Notes: a model not told the origin generated them from the sequence alone. A stretch of 64,000 bases of DNA from Deferribacterales bacterium (GCA_050251945.1 JBFWLW010000001.1:192001-256000); one strand, 5' to 3'. Positions 38,153 to 48,583 are shown, counted from the stretch's first letter. Numbers and translations are program-made.

Positions 38153-39006
38153 TGGAGAGTGACAAATCCCTTGTGGTTCTCACAGGATTGTCAGGCGGCG
38201 GGAAATCCGTTGCGGCGGCAACACTGGAAGATCTGGGATTTTATACTATTGATAACCTGCCGCTCAGGCTGCTGGACAAATTTGTTGAGCTTATGCTTAT
38301 GTATGATAATGAGCTGAATAAAGTTGCCCTCGTCATTGACAGCAGAAGCAAGGACATCTCCGCCGCAGTGGAGAAGATAAAGATTTTGCAGGAGAAGTAT
38401 GCCGCAAAGGTCGTTTATCTCCATGCGTCCGATGATGTTCTCATAAGACGTTTCAAAGAGACCAGAAGGAAACACCCCATGGGTGACAACCTCACCGAGG
38501 CTATTGCCTCAGAAAAGGAAAAACTTACGCCCATAAGAGATTATGCAGACCTTGTGATAGATACGTCGACGCTGAACGTGCATGAGTTTAAAAGACGGGT
38601 CGAGGACTTCTTCTCAACAGAGATGCAGTCCGGACTTATAATAACTGTTCAGTCGTTCGGATTCAAATACGGTCTGCCGCAGGATTCCGACCTTGTTTTC
38701 GACGTGCGCTTTATGAAGAACCCGTACTTTGTCGATGAACTGCGTGAAAAAACCGGACTTGAACAGACGGTTAGCGATTATGTGTTGTCAGACCACAATG
38801 CAAAACAGTTTCTGTTCAAACTGAAGGGGCTTTTGGGATTCCTTATCCCAAACTACATACGGGAAGGGAAAAAATTTCTCACCGTGTCCATAGGCTGCAC
38901 CGGCGGACGGCACAGATCTGTCGCCATTGCGGAATTTGTTGCCAAATACCTTGATCAGAAAGCAAAGATCAAGGTAAATATCAGACATAGGGATGTTAAC
39001 AGGTGA
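38152..39006 (+). CDS. rapZ: RNase adapter RapZ/YvcJ
   Basis: TGLSGGGKS, IDNLP, ETRRKHP, SFGFKYG and GCTGGRHRS. Confidence 0.96.
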   Translation: MESDKSLVVLTGLSGGGKSVAAATLEDLGFYTIDNLPLRLLDKFVELMLMYDNELNKVALVIDSRSKDISAAVEKIKILQEKYAAKVVYLHASDDVLIRRFKETRRKHPMGDNLTEAIASEKEKLTPIRDYADLVIDTSTLNVHEFKRRVEDFFSTEMQSGLIITVQSFGFKYGLPQDSDLVFDVRFMKNPYFVDELREKTGLEQTVSDYVLSDHNAKQFLFKLKGLLGFLIPNYIREGKKFLTVSIGCTGGRHRSVAIAEFVAKYLDQKAKIKVNIRHRDVNR

Positions 39007-39010
39007 TCAG

Positions 39011-39415
39011 ATGATCGGAATAATCTTGGTTACTCACGGACTTTTTTGCGAGGAACTTATCAAAACGGCGGAGATGATAGTCGGACATCAGGACTGTATA
39101 GAGACTATCTCAATGCTGGACGGTTCGTCCCTTGCAGGTGTTGCTGATGAAATTGAAAAAGCTATAGAGAAATACGATTCAACCGGAGCCATCGTGTTTA
39201 CAGATATGTTCGGGGGCAGTCCTTCAAATATATCAATGGCATATCTCGGCACTAAAAATGTTGAGGTTGTTTCCGGAGTGAATCTGCCTATGCTCATCAA
39301 AGCGCTGAGCGCCAGAAAGGAGAACAAATCGCTCACAGCCATTTGTGAGGACTGTGCGGAATCCGGCAGGAACAGCATAATCGTTGCCGGACAGCTTCTG
39401 AAAGGGAAGGCATGA
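39011..39415 (+). CDS. PTS mannose/fructose-family EIIA
   Basis: ILVTHG (phospho-His), DMFGGSPSN and GVNLPML. Confidence 0.92.
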   Translation: MIGIILVTHGLFCEELIKTAEMIVGHQDCIETISMLDGSSLAGVADEIEKAIEKYDSTGAIVFTDMFGGSPSNISMAYLGTKNVEVVSGVNLPMLIKALSARKENKSLTAICEDCAESGRNSIIVAGQLLKGKA

Positions 39416-39903
39416 AAAAAATAATTTTCCGGGTGGACGACAGACTGATACACGGACAGGTGATCGAAGGCTGGCTTAAACACTTCAAGATCAACCATGT
39501 CATTATCGCCAATGATAAAGTTGCCCAGAATCCTCTGCAAAAAATGATATATGCCAGCACTCTGCCGCCGGGTACGGAGATATCTATTTTGACAATTGCC
39601 GAGTTCATCAGTTCATTTCGTTCCGACCGGTATAAAAAGGACTACGTTCTTGTCCTTTTGGAGAGTGTTGACGATCTTTACGCCATCAAAACAATGATAA
39701 GTGACGATATTTATGTGAATATCGGCTGCGTCGCCTGCCGGGAACATAAGATAGAGGTCTCAAACACAGTGTTCCTCAATCCGGACGAGATAAAGAAAAT
39801 ATGCGAAATCAGACAGAGCCATGAGGTGTTTATACACAAAGTTGCATGGGAACCCAGTGTGGAGATCAGAAATTTTAACAACATACTGGAGGGCAATCTG
39901 TGA
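39412..39903 (+). CDS. PTS mannose-family EIIB
   Basis: RVDDRLIHGQV. Confidence 0.9.
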   Translation: MKKIIFRVDDRLIHGQVIEGWLKHFKINHVIIANDKVAQNPLQKMIYASTLPPGTEISILTIAEFISSFRSDRYKKDYVLVLLESVDDLYAIKTMISDDIYVNIGCVACREHKIEVSNTVFLNPDEIKKICEIRQSHEVFIHKVAWEPSVEIRNFNNILEGNL

Positions 39904-40550
39904 ACATAGCCTTTGCCGTTCTTTATGCAGGGGTCATCTCGGTGGACAGGTTCGCCGCGTTCAACGTGATGCTTTCGCGCCCCATCGTAATTTCGATGAT
40001 AATGGGGCTTCTGCTGGGGAACAGCATGGAGTGTTTCTATGTGGGTATAATTTTTGAGGCAATCGGTCTTGTTGATGTTCCGTTCGGAACCCGTGTTCCG
40101 AAAGAGGACAGTTTCGGAGCTTTTGCCGGCTGTGCGCTTCTGTCACTTATGCCTCAGGCGCATGAACCCAACTACGTTCTTTTGTTTCTGCTTATTCTGC
40201 TTATGATGTATCCGGTGACACTTTCACTTTATATCACCAGAGCTTTTAACAAAACACTTTACACGCGTCAGCAGAAGGCGGGGCGTATATACCCTCTGCG
40301 TCTGCTTGTGTCTGGCTTTTGCTTTTCATATATGCGCGGGGTGATATTTTATACGCTGGGTACCTTCATTATTTATCATATATACATGTTTCTGCACGGC
40401 AGCAAGAATACGGAGATGAATTTTTATATCTACGCGCTGATGCTGTTTGCGTTTCTGTCCGGCTATGTTCTGCGTTTTCTCTCCGCGAAGACGTATCTTA
40501 AGTATGCGTTCTTTATGCTGGGACTTTTCATAGGCTGGGTGATCTTATGA
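39900..40550 (+). CDS. PTS mannose-family EIIC (short, divergent)
   Basis: MLSRPIV...GLLLGN...G.IFE...VPFG motif, multiple TM segments. Confidence 0.8.
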   Translation: MNIAFAVLYAGVISVDRFAAFNVMLSRPIVISMIMGLLLGNSMECFYVGIIFEAIGLVDVPFGTRVPKEDSFGAFAGCALLSLMPQAHEPNYVLLFLLILLMMYPVTLSLYITRAFNKTLYTRQQKAGRIYPLRLLVSGFCFSYMRGVIFYTLGTFIIYHIYMFLHGSKNTEMNFYIYALMLFAFLSGYVLRFLSAKTYLKYAFFMLGLFIGWVIL

Positions 40551-41245
40551 AAAGCCTGATAGTAGGATTTTTCAGCTTTTTTTATCAGGCGAATCTGAAC
40601 CATGAGAACATGCAGGGAACCGGCTTTGCCTATCTTATACGAAAAGCGGCACGGCTCAAGGGAATGGAGCTTGAGGTCGGAAAGGTGTATGAGCAGACTT
40701 CGTACTTCCATACCCACCCGTATCTGGTGAATTTCATCGTGGGTATGTGGGTACGCGAGTTTGAGCTGAACGGTGAAGAGGATTTTCATAAAAAGATATA
40801 TTCCTCTGCATTCGGGGCGCTTGGCGACAGTTTTTTCTGGCACTCGCTTCGTCCGCTCTGTTTCGCTACTGCGGCAATTGCAGGACTTTATAACCCGTTC
40901 GCGGGCATACTTTCATATCTGGTGCTGTATAACCTGTTTCATCTTTCCTTCCGTTTCACCGGATTCAGGATAGGCTACAGCCTCGGAAGAGACGTTATAA
41001 CGTTCTTTAACAGGATACGTTTTAATAAATGGGCTACGTATTTTGATCTGGGTTCTTCGCTCATGCTGGGTATCCTTCTGTCATATATGGCAAAGACCAG
41101 TGCGGATTTCAACTCTGTACTGCTTGGCACCCTCACGGTTTACATCATGCTGGGCATGGCGTTGGCAAAGAAGCTGGATATTGTTCTCGGACTTGTTCTT
41201 ATAATTATTACTACAGGATTTTTTCTTTTTATAACAGGAGTATAG
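40547..41245 (+). CDS. PTS mannose-family EIID
   Basis: Q...N.E.MQ..GF, FHTHP, GALGDSFFW..LRP and GYSLG. Confidence 0.88.
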   Translation: MKSLIVGFFSFFYQANLNHENMQGTGFAYLIRKAARLKGMELEVGKVYEQTSYFHTHPYLVNFIVGMWVREFELNGEEDFHKKIYSSAFGALGDSFFWHSLRPLCFATAAIAGLYNPFAGILSYLVLYNLFHLSFRFTGFRIGYSLGRDVITFFNRIRFNKWATYFDLGSSLMLGILLSYMAKTSADFNSVLLGTLTVYIMLGMALAKKLDIVLGLVLIIITTGFFLFITGV

Positions 41246-41246
41246 G

Positions 41247-41519
41247 GTGAGTATTAAAAAGGAATTGGAGATCGTTAACGAACTCGGAATGCACGCAAGG
41301 GCTGCCGGTGCATTCGTAAAAACCGCCGAAAAGTTCTCTTCTGAGATAAAGGTGGAGAGGGACGGAATGGAGGTCAACGGCAAAAGCATTATGGGACTGA
41401 TGATGCTTGCGGCGTTCAAAGGCTCCTGTATAACCGTCTGCTGCACCGGAAACGACGAAGAGGATGCTTTTACGGCACTTGAGGAGCTTATCTGTAATAA
41501 GTTCGGAGAGGAACGTTGA
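41247..41519 (+). CDS. ptsH: Phosphocarrier HPr
   Basis: GMHARAA (His15) and GKSIMGLMML (Ser46). Confidence 0.95.
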   Translation: MSIKKELEIVNELGMHARAAGAFVKTAEKFSSEIKVERDGMEVNGKSIMGLMMLAAFKGSCITVCCTGNDEEDAFTALEELICNKFGEER

Positions 41520-43258
41520 AGGTTCTGAAAGGTATTGCTTCAAGCGAAGGCATATCTTACGGCGTGTGCTATATTCTGGACAGAGCTAAAGTTGCTGTCG
41601 GAAAATATACTATTGCCCAAAGTGAGATAGAATCGGAGACCGGGCGCCTTAGAAAAGCTGTTGAAAAGACCGCATGGTTCATTCAGCAGTCGAAGAACAT
41701 CAGTAAAGATTCTCTTTCCGAGGAAAATTCATTCATTTTTGATATTTATCTTATGCTTCTTAAGGATACTATGCTTATAGGCGAGGCGGAAAAGCTTATC
41801 GCCGAAAAGCTGATAAATGCTGAATATGCTCTTGAGACCGCCTGTAACGGTCTTGTGGAGCGGTTTAATATGTCGGAGAACGGATATCTGCGCGAGCGGA
41901 AAACGGATGTTATAAACGTCGTGCAGAAAGTTCTGCGGTTCATGACAGGCGGAGGTCCCGATTCAATCCTTAAGATTGAGGATGCGGAGATAATAATTGC
42001 CCACGACCTCACACCTGCCGACACGTCTCATATGAAAAAGAATAATATCAGAGGTTTCGCCACTGATCTGGGCAGTAAAACCGCCCATACGTCAATCCTT
42101 GCCCGCTCGCTGGGAATACCCGCCGTTGTAGGGCTTGTGGACATCGCAAAAATAGCGCAGACGGGCGATTTCATCATCATAGACGGGTTTGAAGGACTTG
42201 TTATCATCAATCCGAACGATGAAACCCTTGAATCGTACAAGCTGAAAGGCAGCAGATACACTGATTATGTCTGCGAACTCGGACAGATGCGCGGCGAGTC
42301 TTCAGTCACTAAAGACGGATGCATTATAAAGCTGTTCAGCAACGTTGAGATGAATGATGAGCTTGAAAAAGCAAACGAATACAAATCCGACGGAGTGGGG
42401 CTTTACAGGACAGAATATATTTATATGCAGCATGGGGATGTTGATGAAGATACCCAGTTTAATATTCTTAAAGAAGCGGCTGAGCTTAATTACGGCCGTC
42501 CGCTGACAATAAGAACTTTTGACCTCGGTTCGGATAAACTCTCAAAATATATGCCGCACCCGAAAGAGCATAATCCGGCAATGGGGTTGAGAGCTATCAG
42601 ATATTCCCTTAAATATCAGGAATTTTTCATGAAACAGCTTCGCGCTGTTCTGCGGGTTTCCGCCATTGCGAACGTTAAACTGATGTTTCCTATGATATCC
42701 GGACTCGAAGAGCTGAGAGACTGTAAGATTGCTCTGAACGAAGCTAAAAGACAGCTTAGAGAAGAGAATCTGCCGTTTAACGAGAATATAAAAGTCGGCG
42801 TTATGATGGAACTTCCGTCGCTGGCTGTCATAAGCGAAATGGCGGCGGTTGAGGTTGATTTTTTCAGCGTCGGCACTAACGACCTCATACAATATGCTCT
42901 GGGCATAGACCGCAACAATGAATTTGTGGCATATCTTTATGAACCGTGTCATCCGGCGGTGCGCACTCTGCTTAAAAAGATTGTGGCAAGTGCTGACAGC
43001 GCCGGTATAGAATGTACCGTATGCGGTGAAATGGCGGGCGAGCCGAAATACATACCGATGCTTATCGGTATGGGTTACAGGCAGCTCAGCATGAGTCCTT
43101 CTTCTATCCTGCGTGCAAGAATGATAATTCGCTCACTTAATGTTCAAGACTGCGAAGAACTTGTAAGCGATCTCACTTCATGCGCATATGCACAGGATTC
43201 TGAGAACAGGCTCATGGAATTTATAAGGAACAAGTCAACTGACGTATATTTCCATTAA
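41516..43258 (+). CDS. ptsI: PTS enzyme I
   Basis: GSKTAHTSILARS, GVGLYRTE, NPAMGLRAIR, GTNDL and CGEMA. No N-terminal GAF domain. Confidence 0.95.
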   Translation: MKVLKGIASSEGISYGVCYILDRAKVAVGKYTIAQSEIESETGRLRKAVEKTAWFIQQSKNISKDSLSEENSFIFDIYLMLLKDTMLIGEAEKLIAEKLINAEYALETACNGLVERFNMSENGYLRERKTDVINVVQKVLRFMTGGGPDSILKIEDAEIIIAHDLTPADTSHMKKNNIRGFATDLGSKTAHTSILARSLGIPAVVGLVDIAKIAQTGDFIIIDGFEGLVIINPNDETLESYKLKGSRYTDYVCELGQMRGESSVTKDGCIIKLFSNVEMNDELEKANEYKSDGVGLYRTEYIYMQHGDVDEDTQFNILKEAAELNYGRPLTIRTFDLGSDKLSKYMPHPKEHNPAMGLRAIRYSLKYQEFFMKQLRAVLRVSAIANVKLMFPMISGLEELRDCKIALNEAKRQLREENLPFNENIKVGVMMELPSLAVISEMAAVEVDFFSVGTNDLIQYALGIDRNNEFVAYLYEPCHPAVRTLLKKIVASADSAGIECTVCGEMAGEPKYIPMLIGMGYRQLSMSPSSILRARMIIRSLNVQDCEELVSDLTSCAYAQDSENRLMEFIRNKSTDVYFH

Positions 43259-43269
43259 AAAAAATTTAC

Positions 43270-43298
43270 TGGATAAATACTTCTGATGGCTGTATAAT
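43270..43298 (+). promoter_or_regulatory. Putative sigma70 promoter for the pgsA-onward genes
   Basis: TGGATA-17 bp-TATAAT in the largest gap (65 bp) of the 37-kb gene run. Confidence 0.5.
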
Positions 43299-43323
43299 CA
43301 CCCCCGACAGAGGGAATTTAATT

Positions 43324-43878
43324 ATGTCGTTATCAGCTCAAATGAACATTGCAAACTGGCTTACGATATTCAGAATAGTCATGGTACCCGTATTTATATG
43401 GCTGATGTATCTGGATACTTTCTGGAGTGATGTTCTTGCCACAGTTCTTTATACAATTGCTGCTTCAACTGACTACGTTGACGGTTATATTGCCAGAAAA
43501 TACAATCTTATAACTGACTTAGGGAAAATACTTGATCCGATAGCTGATAAAGTTCTCGTAACTGCCACATTGGTAGTGTTTGTTGAGCTTCACAGGCTGG
43601 AAGCGGTGGTTGTTATCATCCTTATCACGCGCGATCTTGCCATCAATGCACTGCGCAGTTTTGCCGCCAGCAAAGGACAGGTTATCGCCGCCGGGATGGG
43701 CGGAAAGATAAAAACCGCTTTTCAGATGGTAGGCGTCGGCTGTATAATCTTTAAAAACCCGCTGTTTGGTCTGGATGTAATGTTGATAGGAAAAGCACTT
43801 GTGTACCTGTCAGTTATTCTTTCCGTCCAGTCCGCATGGGTATACTACAGGAACTTCATAATATCCGAAAATGCGTAA
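43324..43878 (+). CDS. pgsA: CDP-diacylglycerol--glycerol-3-phosphate phosphatidyltransferase
   Basis: N.LT.FR, TDYVDGYIAR..TDLGKILDPIADK and GKIKT..QM. Confidence 0.95.
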   Translation: MSLSAQMNIANWLTIFRIVMVPVFIWLMYLDTFWSDVLATVLYTIAASTDYVDGYIARKYNLITDLGKILDPIADKVLVTATLVVFVELHRLEAVVVIILITRDLAINALRSFAASKGQVIAAGMGGKIKTAFQMVGVGCIIFKNPLFGLDVMLIGKALVYLSVILSVQSAWVYYRNFIISENA

Positions 43879-44953
43879 ACTATTCGCCGCGCAATGCGGA
43901 AGCTATCAGGATGATAGCCTTAAAGAGCTGATAGACAAATACTTTGAATATGAAAAGGACAGACTTGCTTCTGCGTCCAAAATCCTTATAAAACCTAATC
44001 TTCTCTCCGCAACACCACCCGAAAGAGCTGTTACGACACATCCCGACTTTGTTCGTACCGTGATTTCATCACTTAAAAGTTTCACAAAAGCGGAGCTTAT
44101 GCTTGGCGACAGCCCCGGTGCAAATTTCGGTAAATACGAAAAGGTTCTTGATGTTACGGGCATCGGCAGGGTAGCAGAGGAAGAGGGTGTCAGAATCGTT
44201 CGAGTGGAGAGTTACGAGCCTGTTCAGAAGGACGGCTTCATGTACTCGTCCCTTGCAGATGAAGCGGATGTGATAATCAATCTTCCGAAACTCAAGACCC
44301 ACTCGCTGACAGGGCTTACTCTGTCCGTAAAGAACCTTTTCGGGCTTGTTCCGGGTACGGCGAAAGTGGGCTTCCATAGAAAATATCCTTCTGATACCGA
44401 GCTTGGAGCCAAGATATATCAGTATTTTACGCTTCTAGGCGATAAAACCATGCATATCATGGACGGCATAATCGCACACGAAGGGGACGGACCCTCAAGA
44501 GGAACACCCATTCAGCTTGGAATTGCCGCCGCCTGCTCGGATGCGGTGGGGCTTGATATTGCCATCACCCGTATGGTCGGTCTGAAAGACTCTTTCTGCC
44601 TGACAAGTGCGGAGGCACTGCGCATGGGTTATGACACATCGTGGCTTGACGTGCCTGAAACGAACGTTCCTTTAATGAAAATACCCATGTCCAGAAAGGT
44701 GCGTGTGCCGCTGTTTATGAAAAAATTTGTTGCGGAACAGGTCTATGTGAAACCTGTGGTTCTGAAGGAACCCTGCATAAAGTGCATGCTCTGCAAAAAG
44801 AGCTGTCCTGTTGACGCTATTTCAGTAGTAGATTCCTATCCTTTTATAGATAAAAACAAATGTATCGAATGTTTTTGCTGTCACGAAGTCTGCGAATCCG
44901 ATGCAGTGGGTTTGCAGAGGTCATGGCTGCATAAGATTATGGTGAAATCATGA
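43871..44953 (+). CDS. DUF362-family protein with C-terminal 2x[4Fe-4S] ferredoxin domain
   Basis: IKPNLL, TTHP, NLPKLKTH..T..KNLFG and EGDGP, then CIKCMLC...CP and CIECFCC...C. Confidence 0.88.
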   Translation: MRKLFAAQCGSYQDDSLKELIDKYFEYEKDRLASASKILIKPNLLSATPPERAVTTHPDFVRTVISSLKSFTKAELMLGDSPGANFGKYEKVLDVTGIGRVAEEEGVRIVRVESYEPVQKDGFMYSSLADEADVIINLPKLKTHSLTGLTLSVKNLFGLVPGTAKVGFHRKYPSDTELGAKIYQYFTLLGDKTMHIMDGIIAHEGDGPSRGTPIQLGIAAACSDAVGLDIAITRMVGLKDSFCLTSAEALRMGYDTSWLDVPETNVPLMKIPMSRKVRVPLFMKKFVAEQVYVKPVVLKEPCIKCMLCKKSCPVDAISVVDSYPFIDKNKCIECFCCHEVCESDAVGLQRSWLHKIMVKS

Positions 44954-45558
44954 TAGTATCTGTTTTGACCGCAGCTGCAGTAATTGCGGTGTGCTATGTA
45001 ATCGGGTCTGTTCCCACTGCATATCTGGTGGTAAAAAAGATCAAAGGTATTGATATCAGAACCGTGGGGAGTGGTAACGTCGGGGCCAGCAATGCCGCCC
45101 GCGTACTTGGCAAATGGGGCTTCATAGGCGTGCTTTTCGCCGATATGATGAAAGGTTTCATCCCTGTGTTCGTTATAAAGCATTTTTACGGCGAAAGCTG
45201 GATCGTGCTTATAGGCGCTGTTGCAGTTATAGTGGGACACAGCTTCACCTGCTTTCTGAAATTTAAAGGCGGCAAGGGTGTTGCCACCGGAGTTGGTGTT
45301 TTTCTGGCACTGGCACCGTTTCAGCTTCTTGTGGCTGCCGTAATTTTCGGTATAATGCTTGCAGTTTTCCAGATGGTTTCCATCGGTTCCGTAACTGCTG
45401 CGGCTTTTCTTGCCGTAATGGTCTGGTTTACTTCGGAATGGGATCATTTGCGGTATATAACCTTTGTCATTGCCCTCCTGATAATCTGGCTCCACAGAGG
45501 AAACATCGCCAGAATGGTCAGGGGCGAGGAGAGAAAAATTGGAAAAAGGACTCCTTAA
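44950..45558 (+). CDS. plsY: Glycerol-3-phosphate acyltransferase PlsY
   Basis: DIR..GSGNVGASN, D..KG, GH, FKGGKGVAT and H..NI.R. Confidence 0.96.
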   Translation: MIVSVLTAAAVIAVCYVIGSVPTAYLVVKKIKGIDIRTVGSGNVGASNAARVLGKWGFIGVLFADMMKGFIPVFVIKHFYGESWIVLIGAVAVIVGHSFTCFLKFKGGKGVATGVGVFLALAPFQLLVAAVIFGIMLAVFQMVSIGSVTAAAFLAVMVWFTSEWDHLRYITFVIALLIIWLHRGNIARMVRGEERKIGKRTP

Positions 45559-46708
45559 TCCGCTGGATGTGATGCAGGAGTGTGTTCAGCTTGCGCTTCT
45601 GGGCAAAGGGTACACAAAGACCAACCCCTGTGTCGGCGCTATCGTTGCGAAAGATAATAAAATAATCTCCCGCGGCTGGCACATGGCATACGGCGAGGCT
45701 CACGCAGAGGTAAACGCAATAGATGGCAGTCCGGAAAGCGTTGAGGGTGCTGATATTTATGTCACCCTTGAACCCTGTTCCCATTTTGGGAAAACACCGC
45801 CTTGTGTTGAAAAGATAGTTGCGTCCGGAATAAAAAGAGTTTTCATCGGCGTCGTTGACCCGAACCCCGTTAATGCAGGAAAGGGTGTAGAGTATCTGAG
45901 ACAGCACGGAGTCGAGGTTTTCATCGGCTACATGGAAGAGCTTTGCGCCTCTATAATAGAAGATTTTTCAAAATTCATATATACCGGCATGCCTTATTTC
46001 ACCGTCAAACTTGCGCAATCCGTTGATGGAAAGATAGCTTCCCGCACGGGTGATTCAAAATGGATAACATCCCATTCGTCAAGAGCCTATGCACACTATC
46101 TGCGCGCAGTTTCCGATGCTGTTCTGGTTGGCGTTTCCACTGTTGAGCAGGACGATCCGGAGCTTACCGTAAGGCTTATTAAATCTGACCGTGACCCTTA
46201 CAAAATAGTGCTGGATCCCAATGGGCGCATGAGCCTTGAACGCAAACTGGTTCAAAATTCAAAGGACAAACTCATATATGTTACGTCTGAACGCAATAAA
46301 AATATTGATAAATATGAAAAATGTGGCATAGATGTATTATCCGTTCCGTTTGCGGAAAACGGACTTGATCTGCAATATTTGTCTAAGAAGCTGATAGAAC
46401 GGAAGATTCTTAATATTATGATAGAAGGCGGCGGCAAAACTGTCGGTTCCTTCTTTGATGCAGGGCTTATCGACAAGACAGATTTTATCATCGCCCCCAT
46501 AGTTATAGGCGGCGACAGAACGTCTGTCTGCGGAAACGGTGTTGAATCCGTTTCGCTTGCGCATAAATTAACAGATGTACAGACCAGAATGTTTGAGGGC
46601 GATATGCTCTACAGCGGCAAGGTGACGGATTTCACGAAGCCTGTTCTGGCGCTTACGGAAAAAATAAGAGGGTGCAGTGCATGCGGATGCTCGGCACACA
46701 AGGAATAA
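45539..46708 (+). CDS. ribD: Riboflavin biosynthesis deaminase/reductase
   Basis: NPCVGA, HAE, TLEPCSH.GKTPPC, S.DGKIA..G.SKWIT and EGG. Confidence 0.96.
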   Translation: MEKGLLNPLDVMQECVQLALLGKGYTKTNPCVGAIVAKDNKIISRGWHMAYGEAHAEVNAIDGSPESVEGADIYVTLEPCSHFGKTPPCVEKIVASGIKRVFIGVVDPNPVNAGKGVEYLRQHGVEVFIGYMEELCASIIEDFSKFIYTGMPYFTVKLAQSVDGKIASRTGDSKWITSHSSRAYAHYLRAVSDAVLVGVSTVEQDDPELTVRLIKSDRDPYKIVLDPNGRMSLERKLVQNSKDKLIYVTSERNKNIDKYEKCGIDVLSVPFAENGLDLQYLSKKLIERKILNIMIEGGGKTVGSFFDAGLIDKTDFIIAPIVIGGDRTSVCGNGVESVSLAHKLTDVQTRMFEGDMLYSGKVTDFTKPVLALTEKIRGCSACGCSAHKE

Positions 46709-47344
46709 ATGTTCACAGGTATTGTTGAGGAGACAGGAAAGATAGTTTCCATCGACCGCAGGGGCGATTTCGCCATTGTCACGGTGGGCTGTAAAAAAGT
46801 GCTGGAGGGTTCTGCCATCGGTGATTCGATAGCGGTTAACGGCACATGCCTTACCGTTACGTCCATGTCCGGTGACACTTTCAAAGCAGACATCTCCTAT
46901 GAAACCCTGAAAAAGAGTGCTTTTGCCTCGGCATCAAACGGTACCAAGGTGAATCTTGAAAGGGCGCTGACCCTTAATACGCGTTTGGGTGGACACCTTG
47001 TCAGCGGACACGTTGACGCCACAGGTACCATAGAAAAGCTTGAGAAGAAAAGCAACGCGTATATACTGACGGTCAGATATCCGCAGGATATAGACAGATA
47101 CATAGCTGAGAAGGGTTCGGTATGTGTGGACGGAATAAGCCTTACGACGGCGCGCGTTGGCGGATTTACGTTCGACGTGGCTGTTATTCCGCATACATAT
47201 GAGAACACTGCTCTTGCAGATAAAAAACATGGCTCCATCGTGAATCTTGAAGTTGACACGGTGGCGAGATATCTGGAAAAGCTGCTGAAAAAAGAAAAAA
47301 ACAGCGGCGATTTTCTGGAAAATCTGAACAGCCTTATGGACTAA
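46709..47344 (+). CDS. ribE: Riboflavin synthase (alpha chain)
   Basis: MFTGI, GDSIAVNGTCLT, VNLERA and GGHLVSGHVD. Confidence 0.96.
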   Translation: MFTGIVEETGKIVSIDRRGDFAIVTVGCKKVLEGSAIGDSIAVNGTCLTVTSMSGDTFKADISYETLKKSAFASASNGTKVNLERALTLNTRLGGHLVSGHVDATGTIEKLEKKSNAYILTVRYPQDIDRYIAEKGSVCVDGISLTTARVGGFTFDVAVIPHTYENTALADKKHGSIVNLEVDTVARYLEKLLKKEKNSGDFLENLNSLMD

Positions 47345-47353
47345 GGAGTTATC

Positions 47354-48577
47354 ATGAGCGATATGAAAAAGGCGCTTTGCACTGTTGAAGAAGCGCTTGA
47401 GGACATACGAAACGGCAAGATGATCATTCTGGTGGATGACGAAGACAGGGAGAACGAGGGTGATCTTGTTTTTGCCGCAGATTTCGTTACGCCGGAGAAG
47501 ATAAATTTCATGGCGAAATACGGACGGGGGCTTATCTGTCTTGCAATGCCGTCGAAAAGATGCGACGAGCTCGGTCTTGACCTTATGGTACGCGAAGACC
47601 GCAATTCCGCTCGTTTCGGCACTGCCTTCACAGTTTCCATAGAGGCGAAGGACGGCGTTACGACAGGTATATCTGCCCACGACAGAGCGCAGACAGTGCG
47701 CGTTGCCAACGATCCCGCAAAAAAAGCTGAAGACCTTGCACGTCCCGGACATATATTTCCTCTGCGCGCTCGCGAGGGTGGAGTTCTTGTCCGCGCCGGA
47801 CAGACCGAAGGCTCGGTTGACCTTGCCATGATGGCAGGTCTTAACAACTATGGCGCTGTAATCTGCGAAATAATGAACGACGACGGTTCCATGGCAAGGA
47901 TGCCCCAGCTTCTTGAGTTCGCAAAGGAACATAATTTAAAGATACTGACCATTGCTGATATGATAAAATACAGAATGGATACCGAACAGCTCATTCAGGA
48001 GACCACAACGGCTCACCTGCCCACAGAATTCGGTGATTTCAACATAACAGGTTTCAAAAGCAGTGTTGACGGACAGGAAGCCGTGGTTATCTGGAAGGGC
48101 GACCTTCAAGCACCTAATCCTGTGCTTATGCGCATACACTCCCAGTGTCTGACCGGCGATGTTTTCGGTTCGGAACGCTGCGACTGCCGCGACCAGCTCC
48201 ACGCCGCAATGAAAATGGTGGAAGAAGAGGGCAGAGGCATGGTACTCTATCTCTTTCAGGAGGGCAGAGGTATCGGCATCCTGAACAAAATTAACGCTTA
48301 TCACCTTCAGGACGAAGGGCTCGACACCATACAGGCTAACATTCAGCTTGGTTTCGAGGAGGATCTGCGGGACTACGGTTTCGGTGCGCAGATAATCAGA
48401 CATATGGGCATCAGGGAGCTGAGACTTATAACCAACAACCCCAAAAAGATGCGCTGTCTTTCCGGTTACGGGCTTGAGATTGTTGAGCGCGTCGGCATCA
48501 CATGCGGTGTGAATCCCAACAACGAATATTACATGAAGACCAAAAAAGAAAAGATGGGACACCATCTGGACATATAG
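47354..48577 (+). CDS. ribBA: Bifunctional DHBP synthase / GTP cyclohydrolase II
   Basis: DDEDRENEGD, RPGHIFPL, RIHSQCLTGD.FGS.RCDC and QEGRGIG. Confidence 0.97.
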   Translation: MSDMKKALCTVEEALEDIRNGKMIILVDDEDRENEGDLVFAADFVTPEKINFMAKYGRGLICLAMPSKRCDELGLDLMVREDRNSARFGTAFTVSIEAKDGVTTGISAHDRAQTVRVANDPAKKAEDLARPGHIFPLRAREGGVLVRAGQTEGSVDLAMMAGLNNYGAVICEIMNDDGSMARMPQLLEFAKEHNLKILTIADMIKYRMDTEQLIQETTTAHLPTEFGDFNITGFKSSVDGQEAVVIWKGDLQAPNPVLMRIHSQCLTGDVFGSERCDCRDQLHAAMKMVEEEGRGMVLYLFQEGRGIGILNKINAYHLQDEGLDTIQANIQLGFEEDLRDYGFGAQIIRHMGIRELRLITNNPKKMRCLSGYGLEIVERVGITCGVNPNNEYYMKTKKEKMGHHLDI

Positions 48578-48583
48578 GAGAAA

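Noticed and set aside
45400..45560. FMN riboswitch ahead of the rib genes
   Set aside because: ribD overlaps plsY, so there is no leader space, and no RFN motif is visible.
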